From the NCBI GenBank assembly GCA_963843795.1, contig CAWJLW010000006.1, forward strand, positions 1,426,001 through 1,490,000: 64,000 nt of DNA, given 5' to 3'. The DNA is from an uncultured bacterium. GTDB lineage: Bacteria > Armatimonadota > Abditibacteriia > Abditibacteriales > Abditibacteriaceae. The position numbers and the translations under genes were made by a program. Below the pieces are notes generated by a model that did not search any database, was not told the DNA's origin, and was given only the letters and a program-made list of their open reading frames with translations. Of the stretch, positions 44,607 to 55,171 are shown in pieces (the stretch's first letter is position 1; every line of letters starts with the position of its first letter).

Positions 44607-46964
44607 CTAAGAACGAGTGGAAAGAGTGCCCACGCTTTCGGCGAGTTCCTGATCGCGGCCCAGCAAGTTCGGGCCATAACTCGGGCCATAAGCGTAGTAG
44701 CCGCCGGTAGTGTTGGTGCGTTTCACTTTGTTGAAAACCGCGCCCAGCAAGCGGCCACCGGCGTGGCGCAGCATCGCTTGGGCACGCTGAACATCGGATT
44801 TTGAAGTCGAATCCGCAGCGACGACCATCACAACGCCATCGACTTGAGAACACAAAACTTGCGCATCGGTCAGGGCCAGAACCGGCGGACTGTCGATGAT
44901 TACGATATCGAACTGTTCCTTGAAAACGTGCAGCCATTGGCGCGTATCGCGCGAGCCGAGCAGTTCAGGCGGATTCAAGGGCAAAGTTCCTGCGGTTAAA
45001 ACCGAAAGATTATTGACCTTGGTGTTTTGAATCGCACTGTTTACATCGGTTTCACCGGCCAACAAATTAGTGAAACCGGGTTCAAGTGGCAAGCCGTTCA
45101 AGGTGTGTTGCGAGGGACGGCGTAAATCGCAATCGAGCAATAAAACGCGGCGGCCATCGAAAGCCATCACCGTCGCGATATTCAAGGCGCTAAGCGACTT
45201 ACCTTCGCCAGCGCCCGCGCTGGAGACCAACACCGTTTGGGCGGGCGAATCCATCGTGGCAAACGCCATATTGGAGCGAATGATACGACAGGCTTCCAAT
45301 ACGTGCGGTGCCATCGGTTGCGCGCCAGTCATCTGCGCCAGACGGCGTTCGCCGCGACCACGCAATAAGGGCATTGCGCCCAAAACCGGAGCGGGCAGCA
45401 GCGGCTCTAAATCCTCGACCCCATGCAACGAATGATCCAATTGTTCCAGCAACATCGCGCATAAGGCAGCCAGCACGAGACCGATAAGAACACCGACCAT
45501 AATCGCGCGCGACCATGTACGCGAAACGGGTTTGGCTTCGCGGGCGGGAACCTGATTGAAAACCGTCGCGGCTTTGGCGCTGCCGGTCAACTCAAGCTCG
45601 GTCAAGCGGTTGGTGACGGTATTATAGGTGTCGCCCAATTGTCGCACGCGCTCTTTGAGCTGGCTCATGCGAAACTCGACGGCGGGCAACCGCGCGGCGC
45701 GGCTTTCGGCCTGAGCCAGTTCGCGCGAAGCGTCGTTAGCACGCTGCCGTGCCTGCTCGGTTAACTTGGCGGTGCGTTGATCGACCTGAGTTTTGGCGGT
45801 TTCGTAGTTGGCACGCGCTTCCCGAGCTTCGGGAGAGGATGGATAAAAATCGCGCAGCACGTTTTCATATTTGAGCAGTTCGTCGGAAGCGCGTTGCTGC
45901 AGCGATTGAGTGATAGCGTCTCCCAAAACCAAGTTGCTGGTGGCACCGGCTTCGGCGTCAATGCGGGCCGAGCGCTCTTTGTCTTTCAACTGTTCAATGG
46001 TTGCGCTGCTGGTCGTCATCGAGGCATCGACATCGAAAACCTGATTGGCTTCCTTGAAACGTTGCAGTTCGATTTTGGCTTGGGACAATTGGCGTCCAAC
46101 ATCCTTAACGCGGCCTGTAACGAAAGTTTTGTCCGAGCTTAACGTCGCGTCGCTTTGCCGCACCAGTTCGTTGGCGTAAACCTGTACGCTGGCGTTAGCC
46201 ATCGCGCGCGACGCTTCGGGGTCATCCGAAGTGATTGTAATATCGACCAGTTCGGGCGAAAGTGGCGCGGTTGCTTTGATGGTCGCGCCATCGATAGCCG
46301 CAAGGGTTGCTTTATCGGCATTGAGAAACGCGATTAAATTCTTTTTGGCTTGTTTTTGAGCTTTTTGGATAAAGGGATACGATTCCAGAATAGCGATTTG
46401 TGTATCGAGCGCGTTACCCGCCGCATCGCGTCGTCCGCCCAGAGAACTCAGCGCCGAAGCCACATCATTGCCACCTCCGCCCGATTTGGGCAACAGCATC
46501 GTAGCGGTTGCGACATACGACACTTCGCCGGGCCGCAATTTCCACGATACCGCCGCAACGACTAGCAAAAACATCAACAGCGCAGGTTTCCAGCGCCGCC
46601 GCAGCACGCCCACAAAATCGGTTGACGATCCGCGCGCGCTGGTTTCTTTGCCATTGTTACCGTCTTGATTGACAACAGTGAGCAACTGTTCCAATAGCGC
46701 GCGCGCACGCGGATCGTCAACTGAAAGCGCGTTCTCGCCATTTAGATGGCCGTTGGCCTGATGACCATTGGCGCGTGCCTCAGCGCCATTACTATGGATG
46801 ACATCGCCATCCACTCCAGCGGTTTTGGCACCAATTTCGGCGTGTCCACCGTGTGCGGTGTCGCCGACATGATGCGAGTTATCGGCTGCGCTTTCGCTGT
46901 GAATCAAAGGCGTCATCAACTTGCCTTCGTCTCCTGAGCCAGTGTTATCGTTTTTTTTCGCCAT
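44607..46964 (-). CDS. Wzc-like polysaccharide co-polymerase / tyrosine autokinase
   Basis: Two TM helices, coiled coil, GEGKS Walker A, DCDLRRP, IIDSPP, C-terminal Tyr cluster GGYYAYGPSY. Confidence 0.93.
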   Translation of the reverse strand: MAKKNDNTGSGDEGKLMTPLIHSESAADNSHHVGDTAHGGHAEIGAKTAGVDGDVIHSNGAEARANGHQANGHLNGENALSVDDPRARALLEQLLTVVNQDGNNGKETSARGSSTDFVGVLRRRWKPALLMFLLVVAAVSWKLRPGEVSYVATATMLLPKSGGGGNDVASALSSLGGRRDAAGNALDTQIAILESYPFIQKAQKQAKKNLIAFLNADKATLAAIDGATIKATAPLSPELVDITITSDDPEASRAMANASVQVYANELVRQSDATLSSDKTFVTGRVKDVGRQLSQAKIELQRFKEANQVFDVDASMTTSSATIEQLKDKERSARIDAEAGATSNLVLGDAITQSLQQRASDELLKYENVLRDFYPSSPEAREARANYETAKTQVDQRTAKLTEQARQRANDASRELAQAESRAARLPAVEFRMSQLKERVRQLGDTYNTVTNRLTELELTGSAKAATVFNQVPAREAKPVSRTWSRAIMVGVLIGLVLAALCAMLLEQLDHSLHGVEDLEPLLPAPVLGAMPLLRGRGERRLAQMTGAQPMAPHVLEACRIIRSNMAFATMDSPAQTVLVSSAGAGEGKSLSALNIATVMAFDGRRVLLLDCDLRRPSQHTLNGLPLEPGFTNLLAGETDVNSAIQNTKVNNLSVLTAGTLPLNPPELLGSRDTRQWLHVFKEQFDIVIIDSPPVLALTDAQVLCSQVDGVVMVVAADSTSKSDVQRAQAMLRHAGGRLLGAVFNKVKRTNTTGGYYAYGPSYGPNLLGRDQELAESVGTLSTRS

Positions 46965-47006
46965 GAGAATTCTTGGTTTGTTTTGCGTTAGATGTTAATT
47001 CGACTG

Positions 47007-47036
47007 CGGTGGTCTGCAAGTACTTGCAGACCACCG
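47007..47036. repeat. 30-bp perfect palindrome around core
   Basis: CGGTGGTC-TGCAAGTACTTGCA-GACCACCG. Confidence 0.95.
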
Positions 47037-47127
47037 ATTGAGCTAAGGGCGTTTACGTGGGTGCAGTTTTCATTGCTACGCGATGGCACGCAAGTACTTG
47101 CACAACGACTTGGCGTTCGTATGATAA

Positions 47128-49221
47128 CTAAAATCCGCCGAAACTGCGCGCGATAGAAAGCAAACCCAGAATGCTGCCCGCCTGAGAGAGCGGCGATTGC
47201 TTGTATTTGCCTTCGGGCACTACGATAACATCGCCAGCCTGTACAATCAGACGCGCACCACCAATTTTACCGTCTTTCAACTGCTTCAAATCCAACACTG
47301 TCACCTGCGGCTCGCCGGTGCCCTTATCGCGCACCAAGGCCACTTCCTGAGTGCGCGCGCCGGGTAGCGTGCCGCCCGCTTCGCCGATGGCTTCCAATAC
47401 CGAAAGTTGGCGACCTTCGGGAAGGGGAACCAAGCCCTGTCGCGCCACTGCGCCCGCTACATAAATGCGCTGACGGTTTTCCGGAATCACAATGTAATCG
47501 CCGCTGCGAATAATGCCATCAGCGCCCAGTGAATTGACTTGGCCGTTGACAACCGCGTCGTAGGCATCCAAGGTTTGCACGCGCCCGTCATTGCGCCGAA
47601 TTGTAATGGCGCGCAGGCTGGCTTTGGAAGTTTGACCGCCAGCACGCGCGATGAGCGTCGCGATGTCTTGGCCGCCTTCTGGTAAAATCTGTGGGCCGGG
47701 CTTGGTGATTTCGCCGGTGAGAGTCGCGTTTTGTTCGGCGGCTTCGACCACGTTAATAATATCGCCATTTTGCAAAACCGCATTCTGCGCCGGATCGCGC
47801 TGCACCAACAATTTTTGCGCGTCGACGGCCAAAAACTTCTGGTCGCCGTTTATGCGACGCACGATTGTGATGCGCGCTTTGTCAACTTCCATAGTCGGAT
47901 TCAATCCACCGGCGCGCGATATTGCATCGTAAACGCGCGATTCCGGGGGCAATTCCATCGCTTTGCTGGCGTTGGGCGAAGCGACCGCACCCGAAACCGT
48001 GACTTTAATCACATCAATCGGTGAAATTTGAATTGTGTCGCCGCTTTGCAATGTGAAGTTAGTTTTTTGGTCGCCCGCCAAAATTCCCGTCAGGTCGATG
48101 GGCAAATTGCGCCCGTCGCGCTGCAACGTGACATTGAACTGCTCGGATGGCCCATCGATACCACCGGCCAGAGCGACCGCGTTCAAAACTTTGCCACCCG
48201 GCGTCACTTTCTGATTGCCCGGCGTTTTGACTTCGCCCAGCACGTCGACGCTCAGCGGCTGTTCCATCTTGAAAGTCACGAAATCGCCTGGCTTGAGCAC
48301 AATATCAGCGTTGGGATCTTGGAAATCAACTGCGGCGCGCACATCCAAATCAATCCGTTGCGAGCCGCGTTGCACAAATCCGGTCACCAAACCATCGTCG
48401 GTTTTTTCCGTGCTATCGAAACCACCCGCCGCCACGATTAAATCGGTCAAATGTGGATCAAGCGGTAATTCTTGTTCGCTGGCCTGCGGCGCGCGGCGCA
48501 GTTCATAAACGCCACTTTTTTTAATGTCGCCACTCACCGAAATGCGACCCGGATCAATTGCTTGAACTGAAATCACATCATCGGGCTGCACGCGCACGTT
48601 GGCCGCCGATTGCGGATAGGAAACTGCCTGATACAAATCAATCGGAATCGATTTGCCGCCACGCGATAAGTTGGCCTGAACTTCATCTAAACGCTTAGTT
48701 GCGCCACCAGCTTTGGCCAGCACTTCGGTCAAACGATAACCTTTGTAAATGTCGATGGTGCCCTGATTTTGCACGCTGCCGACCACGAACACGTTGCCCA
48801 ACGCAGCGTTGCGAATTTCCTTGATGCTGACCGCAATGCGCGGATTGCGAATGCGCTTGTTGATGCGCTGTGTTAATTCTTGCTGCACCTGAGTCGTAGT
48901 TTTGCCGATGACATAAAGCGGCGCGCCAAAATACGGCAGCGAAATTTTGCCATCCGGCGGCACGATGACGCGCTCGGCTCCATAATCGGGAAAACGCTCG
49001 ATGGAAATTCCAATCACGTCCTGCGGCCCCAGCAAATACTTTTCGACTGCTTTCACCATCGCTGGGGTGCCGCTGTTGCTTGGATAGTTGCCGCTGCTAT
49101 TACTGCTGCCACTACTGCGTTGTGCGTGAGCGGTGCCCAGCAATGCGCAAACGCCCACAAGCAGAAACTTGGGCGCGTGCTGAAAGCTTAGGTATCGCAT
49201 TGATTTTAAATCTGACTTCAT
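47128..49221 (-). CDS. Polysaccharide export protein (Wza/KpsD-like) with multiple SLBB domains
   Basis: YLLGPQD, VPPDGKISLP, repeated VxGxV..pG...AGG...GDxI units; GAGGT RBS. Confidence 0.88.
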   Translation of the reverse strand: MKSDLKSMRYLSFQHAPKFLLVGVCALLGTAHAQRSSGSSNSSGNYPSNSGTPAMVKAVEKYLLGPQDVIGISIERFPDYGAERVIVPPDGKISLPYFGAPLYVIGKTTTQVQQELTQRINKRIRNPRIAVSIKEIRNAALGNVFVVGSVQNQGTIDIYKGYRLTEVLAKAGGATKRLDEVQANLSRGGKSIPIDLYQAVSYPQSAANVRVQPDDVISVQAIDPGRISVSGDIKKSGVYELRRAPQASEQELPLDPHLTDLIVAAGGFDSTEKTDDGLVTGFVQRGSQRIDLDVRAAVDFQDPNADIVLKPGDFVTFKMEQPLSVDVLGEVKTPGNQKVTPGGKVLNAVALAGGIDGPSEQFNVTLQRDGRNLPIDLTGILAGDQKTNFTLQSGDTIQISPIDVIKVTVSGAVASPNASKAMELPPESRVYDAISRAGGLNPTMEVDKARITIVRRINGDQKFLAVDAQKLLVQRDPAQNAVLQNGDIINVVEAAEQNATLTGEITKPGPQILPEGGQDIATLIARAGGQTSKASLRAITIRRNDGRVQTLDAYDAVVNGQVNSLGADGIIRSGDYIVIPENRQRIYVAGAVARQGLVPLPEGRQLSVLEAIGEAGGTLPGARTQEVALVRDKGTGEPQVTVLDLKQLKDGKIGGARLIVQAGDVIVVPEGKYKQSPLSQAGSILGLLSIARSFGGF

Positions 49222-49412
49222 TTTCGACCTCACTGATGACTTCTAGGAGAAGGTTGACCTTTAATTCGCCGCGCATAGACGGCTCGTTCACGAGAAAGTT
49301 GCCTTCTGACAATGATGTTGAACGAGCGCACGCAGTTTAGCGCACCGCTTGAAGTCGATGCAGACACCCAAGTGCGCTGCAAGTACTTGCAGCGCTAAAC
49401 TGCCACCCTTGT

Positions 49413-50735
49413 ATGAACCAATTTTTGCCAACGCCTGCACCAACAACTTTGGAAACTTCCTCCCAAGCGCGCTTGCGTTCTCTTTATATTTGCTACTATC
49501 CCTTGACCGAACCTCTGGTGCAAACACAGGTCGTGGCTTACCTTCGCGGTTTGGCCGCGCGTGGCCACGTCATTCATCTGCTCACCTACGAAATCGAAAA
49601 ATTATCTCCGCGCCAGAAACGCGATTACCGGCGAAACTTGAAAGCGCAGGGCATTGTGTGGCACCATTTGCGTTATCACAGCCGACCCACAGTGCCGGCC
49701 ACGGTTTACGATAGCTTGTGCGGTATCGCGCGCGCCGTCCAAATCGTGCGGCGTTATCGCTTGGACTGCGTACATGCGCGTTCTCAGGTGCCTGCATTGA
49801 TGGCGACGGTTGTGAAAACTCTTACCGGAGCCAAAACGATTTTCGATATTCGCGGTTTGCTGGCCGAAGAATATGAAGACGCTGGCTCGTGGACGCGCGA
49901 AAGTTTGCCGTTTCGCCTCACCAAAGCCGCGCAGAATTTCGCCATCGCGCGTGCGGATGGCATTGTCACTTTAACGCAGCGCGTCCGTCGCGTTTTGTTC
50001 AACCCGAATTACACGCCGCAAAACGATGCGGAAAAAAGCATCGGTTTATCACCCATTTTGCCGTCGGAAAATTGTGTGCTGAAAGTCATTCCCTGCTGCG
50101 CCGATTTGTCGGGCATCGAAGCGCAAAGTTCCGAGCGCGAGGCGATGCGGCGCGAGCTGGGTTTGGAATCGAAGCGAGTGCTGGTTTACGTTGGTAAATT
50201 TGGCGGCTGGTATTTGCAGCGCGAGATGATCGAGTGGTTTAAAGCCGCGCACCAACGCGACGCGAAGTGGCATTTTCTGATTTTGTCGCAAAGCGATCAT
50301 AATTTGGCGCGACAAGAGTTCGAGCGTTGCGCCTTGCCAGAGCAATGTTATACGCTGACAAAAGCGTCGCATCAGCGCATCGGTGCTTATCTGGCGGCGG
50401 GCGATGTGGCGATTTCGTTCATCGCAGCGATGCCCTCAAAGATCGCGTCATCACCGACCAAAATCGGCGAATATCTCGCAGCGGGTTTGGCCGTGGTTTC
50501 CAATCCTGGCGTCGGCGATGTCGATGCCGAATTAGAAGAATTCAATGTCGGCGTTGTGGTGCCCGAGTTTGGCGAAGCGGCGTATCAACAATCGTTGGAT
50601 GAATTGGAAACCTTGTTGAACGACGAAAGTCTGGCCTCGCGCTGCCGTCGCGCTGCTCACGAAACTGTCGCGTTGGAAGAAATCGGCGTGGCGCGCTATG
50701 ATGAATTGTATCGCGCCCTGGCGCAGAAATCATAA
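49413..50735 (+). CDS. GT4-like glycosyltransferase
   Basis: VHARS, FDIRG, YVGKFGGWY, SPTKIGEYLAAG. Confidence 0.88.
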   Translation: MNQFLPTPAPTTLETSSQARLRSLYICYYPLTEPLVQTQVVAYLRGLAARGHVIHLLTYEIEKLSPRQKRDYRRNLKAQGIVWHHLRYHSRPTVPATVYDSLCGIARAVQIVRRYRLDCVHARSQVPALMATVVKTLTGAKTIFDIRGLLAEEYEDAGSWTRESLPFRLTKAAQNFAIARADGIVTLTQRVRRVLFNPNYTPQNDAEKSIGLSPILPSENCVLKVIPCCADLSGIEAQSSEREAMRRELGLESKRVLVYVGKFGGWYLQREMIEWFKAAHQRDAKWHFLILSQSDHNLARQEFERCALPEQCYTLTKASHQRIGAYLAAGDVAISFIAAMPSKIASSPTKIGEYLAAGLAVVSNPGVGDVDAELEEFNVGVVVPEFGEAAYQQSLDELETLLNDESLASRCRRAAHETVALEEIGVARYDELYRALAQKS

Positions 50736-50778
50736 AAATGCGTTGTGCAAGTACTTGCAGCGCCAAGTGGAACGAATT

Positions 50779-52266
50779 ATGGCGAATGTGAAATCGCAAT
50801 TGGGAATTTGGTTGGTGATGAGCGCGATTGGGCTAACTATCGTCAGCGGTTTGTTCCTGCCATTGGAAACTGCCGGCGCGCTTTATATGTGCGTGTTTTT
50901 TCTGGCTCTTGGCGTTGTGGGACTAGCGCTAATGGATAGTGGGCGCGACCGCGATAATCTCATCAAAATTTTCGTCGCCGCTTATGTTTTGCGCGTGCTG
51001 TTCACCCTGCTGGCGTATTCTCTGGGCATCGTGGAACTTTTGGGCGGCGCCGATGATACGGGTTGGAAGCAATCGTGGTGGATTTCGCGTTACTGGCTGG
51101 GATATGAAACCGCGCCGCCCAACGTGGCCGATATTCCCGGCGTGCGTCCGCCGCTCACGTTTTGGGAAGTCGTCAATGGTGAATACGGACACAATCGCGG
51201 CTGGCACTGGATTATGGCGAATTATTTTTATTTGCTGGAAATTCAGTCACAAATCACGGTATCGTTTTTCAACTGCTTTTTCAACAGCTTAACGGCGTGC
51301 GTTATTTACCGTGTCGCGCGCGATTTTTATTCGGAAAAAGCTTCGCTGCTGGCGGCGGGCGCGTGCGTGATTTTTCCCGGCTTTCTGGCGTGGAGCGCTT
51401 TGACGGTGAAAGAACCGTGGGTAATTTGTTTGGAAATCGCGGCCTTTTTCTTCACGGTGCGCGCGGTTCGTGATCGCAATATCTGGATGGCGTGTTTGGC
51501 GGTTTTCGCGCTCGCGCTAACTTATTCGATGCGGTTTTACGTCGGCTATATCATCGTTTTGGCGGCGATATTCGCGGCGGTAACTTTTAATGCCAAACGT
51601 CCGCGCACTTCGGCAGCGGTTTTTGCCGGTGCGATGGCTTTTATCGTCGTCGCGGCGTTTGCGTTGCAAATCATCAAGTTCGATATCGCGAACTTCGTAC
51701 AGCAAAATTTGGATATGTTCACGCAGTTCCGCGACAACGTTTCGGGCAAAACCCAGCAGGGCGGCAGCGTCGATTACGGAACCAATACGGGCGTGATGTT
51801 CGATTACGACGCCAACACGCCGAGCGGAATGTTCATGATTATCGCAACCGGAGCGACGTATTTGCTGTTTTCGCCGTTTCCGTGGTCACTGTCAGGCAAG
51901 CAACTGCTCACATTGCCCGACGTGGCGATCTGGTGGATTCTTGTTTTCTTCTATATTCTGCCGGGCATTCGCAGCGCGTGGCGCGAACAACCTGCTTTGG
52001 CCGTGACTCTGACAACGTATTTGGTGCCGTTGATTCTGCTGTATTCGATGATTTTCGGCAACATCGGCCTCGCTTATCGCCAGCGCGCGCAGCTCATGCC
52101 GTTCTTCCTGATTTTCGCTGCGGCGGGCTATGATGCGCGCGAACGTCGCAAACGCAAAACGCCCGAAACTCAAACCGAAGCCTCGCAAATCGTCGCCCAA
52201 TTGCGCGCTTTGCAAGGCGCGCCGCCGGGAAATGCTCCGGTGAGTGCGGCTAGTCGAGAGGTATAA
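50779..52266 (+). CDS. Polytopic membrane protein, putative Wzy-like polymerase
   Basis: About 11-12 TM segments, VKE, PFPW, NIGLAYRQR; located in EPS cluster. Confidence 0.6.
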   Translation: MANVKSQLGIWLVMSAIGLTIVSGLFLPLETAGALYMCVFFLALGVVGLALMDSGRDRDNLIKIFVAAYVLRVLFTLLAYSLGIVELLGGADDTGWKQSWWISRYWLGYETAPPNVADIPGVRPPLTFWEVVNGEYGHNRGWHWIMANYFYLLEIQSQITVSFFNCFFNSLTACVIYRVARDFYSEKASLLAAGACVIFPGFLAWSALTVKEPWVICLEIAAFFFTVRAVRDRNIWMACLAVFALALTYSMRFYVGYIIVLAAIFAAVTFNAKRPRTSAAVFAGAMAFIVVAAFALQIIKFDIANFVQQNLDMFTQFRDNVSGKTQQGGSVDYGTNTGVMFDYDANTPSGMFMIIATGATYLLFSPFPWSLSGKQLLTLPDVAIWWILVFFYILPGIRSAWREQPALAVTLTTYLVPLILLYSMIFGNIGLAYRQRAQLMPFFLIFAAAGYDARERRKRKTPETQTEASQIVAQLRALQGAPPGNAPVSAASREV

Positions 52267-52275
52267 TTTCCGAAT

Positions 52276-52677
52276 ATGAAACCGCATCTCAGCATGGTCA
52301 CACTGGGCGTTGCCGATTTGGAACGCGCGACAATTTTCTATCGTGATGGCTTGCATTTGCCGGTCGAAGGCAATTTCGATGGCGTGACATTTTTCAAGCT
52401 AAGCGGCGCTTGGATTTCCTTGTTTCCGCGCGGTGAATTGTTCAAAGATGCGAACGTAAATCCACCCGCAAGTACTTGCAACGCCGCTTTCACCCTGGCG
52501 CATAACGTGGCGAGCAGAGCAGAAGTCGATAGCGTTTTGCAGCAGGCCGCAGCGGCGGGTGCAACGATTCTCAAAGCGCCGCAAGACGCGTTTTGGGGAG
52601 GTTATCACGGTTTCTTCGCCGATTTGGATGGTTTCGTATGGGAAATTGCGTGGAATCCAGATTTGGATTTAACGTGA
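52276..52677 (+). CDS. VOC (glyoxalase-like) protein
   Basis: VTLGVADLERA, LAHNV, FWGGYHGFFADLDG..WEIAWNP. Confidence 0.9.
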   Translation: MKPHLSMVTLGVADLERATIFYRDGLHLPVEGNFDGVTFFKLSGAWISLFPRGELFKDANVNPPASTCNAAFTLAHNVASRAEVDSVLQQAAAAGATILKAPQDAFWGGYHGFFADLDGFVWEIAWNPDLDLT

Positions 52678-53775
52678 GTATTTCGAGCTTCCATTCGCGA
52701 CGCTGCGGAAAATTGCCAGCACGTGCGGCGCTTGCGTTTCCGCAGTGAATTCTTGCAAAACGGTTTCGTGACCGGCTTCACCAATTTGCTGGCGCAATTT
52801 TACATCGTCCAATAGCCGTGCAAGTACTTGCACCCATTCTTCGCCCGAAGCCAGAAAACCGTTTTCGCCATCGCGAATGATGTCGCGATTCACGCCGACT
52901 GGCGAACACACGGCGGGAATTCCGAGCGCCATATATTGCAGCGCCTTCATGGCACATTTGCCGCGCGTAAATGGCGCGTCGGGTAAAGGCATCAGGCCGA
53001 TGTCCAGAGCGCTCAAATCTTCGGCTTCACTACTGGCGCGCCAGCGCACATTTTCGATTTTTACGCCGGGCCATTGCCAATCGCACGGGCCGATGAAACG
53101 AAAGATGAAATCTTTCTGCTCGGCCAATTTCGCCAGCGCGGGGCCGATGGTTTCCAGATAAGCAATTGTTGTTGTGCTGCCGCTCCAACCGATGACCGGC
53201 GGGCCGCTTTTATCAGCGCGCGAAGCCGGGCCGAAGCGCTCATAATCGTAGGAACGGGTGTCAATTGTGGAAGGAATCACGCTGGTGTTGGCGTTGAACT
53301 GCTGTGCCCATTCTTGTAGATATTTGTTGCCGACCATGACGTGCGAAGCCAACCGGCAAATCTGCGCGACTTTTTGGGGCGATTTGAGCCAGCCCAGAGC
53401 CCGATTGGCTTCGCTGACGGCGGGCAGATAAATCGCGTCGTCGAAATCATAAACAATGGGAATGTTTTGACGCGCGATGAGGTTTTCCAGCCACGCCGGA
53501 CCGAGCAGCGCGGCTTCGCGATAAAGGTAAATCGCGTCGAATTCGCGCGCCAATCGCGGTAACTTCAAGCGCCGACCGGTCGCTTGCAATACTGCGCGCG
53601 CTTTGCGTCCGTATTGGCCGGGCTGATAAATGCGTTGGTTAAGATCGCGGTTTTCAAAGGGTACGAAAGTCATCTGAACGCCTTGAGCGCGCATGAGCGG
53701 TTCCCATTGTTCGATGCGATAGCGCTGTCCGGGCGAAATGTTATAAAGGTAGGGTACGATTGCGAGAATTTTCAT
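52669..53775 (-). CDS. GT4 glycosyltransferase
   Basis: MKILAIVPY, QRYRIEQ, YDFDDAI, GWSGS, KALQYMALGIP. Confidence 0.9.
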   Translation of the reverse strand: MKILAIVPYLYNISPGQRYRIEQWEPLMRAQGVQMTFVPFENRDLNQRIYQPGQYGRKARAVLQATGRRLKLPRLAREFDAIYLYREAALLGPAWLENLIARQNIPIVYDFDDAIYLPAVSEANRALGWLKSPQKVAQICRLASHVMVGNKYLQEWAQQFNANTSVIPSTIDTRSYDYERFGPASRADKSGPPVIGWSGSTTTIAYLETIGPALAKLAEQKDFIFRFIGPCDWQWPGVKIENVRWRASSEAEDLSALDIGLMPLPDAPFTRGKCAMKALQYMALGIPAVCSPVGVNRDIIRDGENGFLASGEEWVQVLARLLDDVKLRQQIGEAGHETVLQEFTAETQAPHVLAIFRSVANGSSKYSR

Positions 53776-53978
53776 GAGTTTAGGCGCTGTTTTCTCGCTG
53801 CAAGTACTTGCAGCAGTTCCGAGACGCGCAAAACATTTTAACGCGCGCTGTTGTAATGGGTATACTGCTTTCTCGCCACGAAATGCGTTGCCGCTACTTG
53901 CAGCGCTCACTGCTCGCCAAAGCGGGCGAAAAATGACGGGAGATTGAGCCGGTATTTGGGTGGAAGTTAGAGTTTGCG

Positions 53979-55118
53979 ATGCGGATTTTGCACGTTATTG
54001 AAACATTGGGCGCGGGCGGCGCGGAACGGGTTCTCATCAACCTGTTGCCGCGTTTGCAGGAGCGTGGGCACGCGTGCGAAGTCGCGTGTTTGTATCCGGT
54101 GTATTCGCTGCAATCCGACCTCGAAGATGCGGGCATTCGAGTGCATCGTATGCACAACCGATTGGAGCGGCGCTGGGACATTCTCACCGGAGCCGCACAA
54201 ATCATGCGTTTGCAGCGCCGTCGCCAATACGATATTTTGCACGCGCATCTGTTGTTCGCCGATATCTATGTCGGTGCCTCGCGATTATGGGGCCGACCTC
54301 CGTGTCGCACAGTAACGTTTCACTCCACTAATTTCAACCATTTTTACGGCTCGCCGACTGCGAGTATGGCGCGCTACCTACTTCCGCAACTTTTGCGCAG
54401 CGGTTTCGATAGCGTAACTGCGGTCAGCAAGCCGGTCGCCGAACATTTGCGCGAACATGTGCGCGGCGTCGAGCCGATTGTGATTCCCAATCCTCTCCCA
54501 CTTTCCATCGCACCCGACTCCAGCTTAGACCGCAACGAAGTTTTGCGACCTTATGGCGTGAAGCCCGAAGATTTCGCTATCGCGGTCGCTGCTCGCTTGA
54601 TTCCCGACAAGGCTCATCTGAAATTATTCGATGCGCTGCAAATGTTGCATGAAAAAGGTTGCCGTCCCAAAGTGCTGTTGGCCGGAGGCGGCCCGCTCGA
54701 AGGCGAACTGCGTAGCGCCGTGAAAACGCGCAAATTGCACGATCAGGTCGTGTTTTGTGGCTTGATGCAGCACGCACCCTTGATGCGTTTGGTGCAAGCC
54801 TGTGATTTATTTGTGCTGGCCTCAGTGCGCGAAGGTTTCGGACTCGCGCCCGCTGAAGCGATGTTGCTGGAACGCCCGGTTCTGGCTACCACAGCCGGTG
54901 GTTTAGTCGAAGTCATCGAAGATGGTTGCTCGGGCATGTTGGTGCCGCCCGGCGACGCCAAGGCCCTGGCACACGGCATCGAAAAATTGATGCATAATAC
55001 CGAATTGCGCGCGACTTTGGGACGCGAAGGACGCGAGCGCATCGTGAAAAACTTCGGTGCTGATGAAGTGGCGCGCCGCTGGGAAGAGCATTATCAAATG
55101 CTGATAGATCGTCGATAG
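53979..55118 (+). CDS. GT4 glycosyltransferase
   Basis: GGAERV, EGFGLAPAEAM. Confidence 0.92.
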   Translation: MRILHVIETLGAGGAERVLINLLPRLQERGHACEVACLYPVYSLQSDLEDAGIRVHRMHNRLERRWDILTGAAQIMRLQRRRQYDILHAHLLFADIYVGASRLWGRPPCRTVTFHSTNFNHFYGSPTASMARYLLPQLLRSGFDSVTAVSKPVAEHLREHVRGVEPIVIPNPLPLSIAPDSSLDRNEVLRPYGVKPEDFAIAVAARLIPDKAHLKLFDALQMLHEKGCRPKVLLAGGGPLEGELRSAVKTRKLHDQVVFCGLMQHAPLMRLVQACDLFVLASVREGFGLAPAEAMLLERPVLATTAGGLVEVIEDGCSGMLVPPGDAKALAHGIEKLMHNTELRATLGREGRERIVKNFGADEVARRWEEHYQMLIDRR

Positions 55119-55171
55119 CATAGCGGGAAGTTAATTGGCAAGATAGAAGTAGAAAGCAAACGCAAAAAATT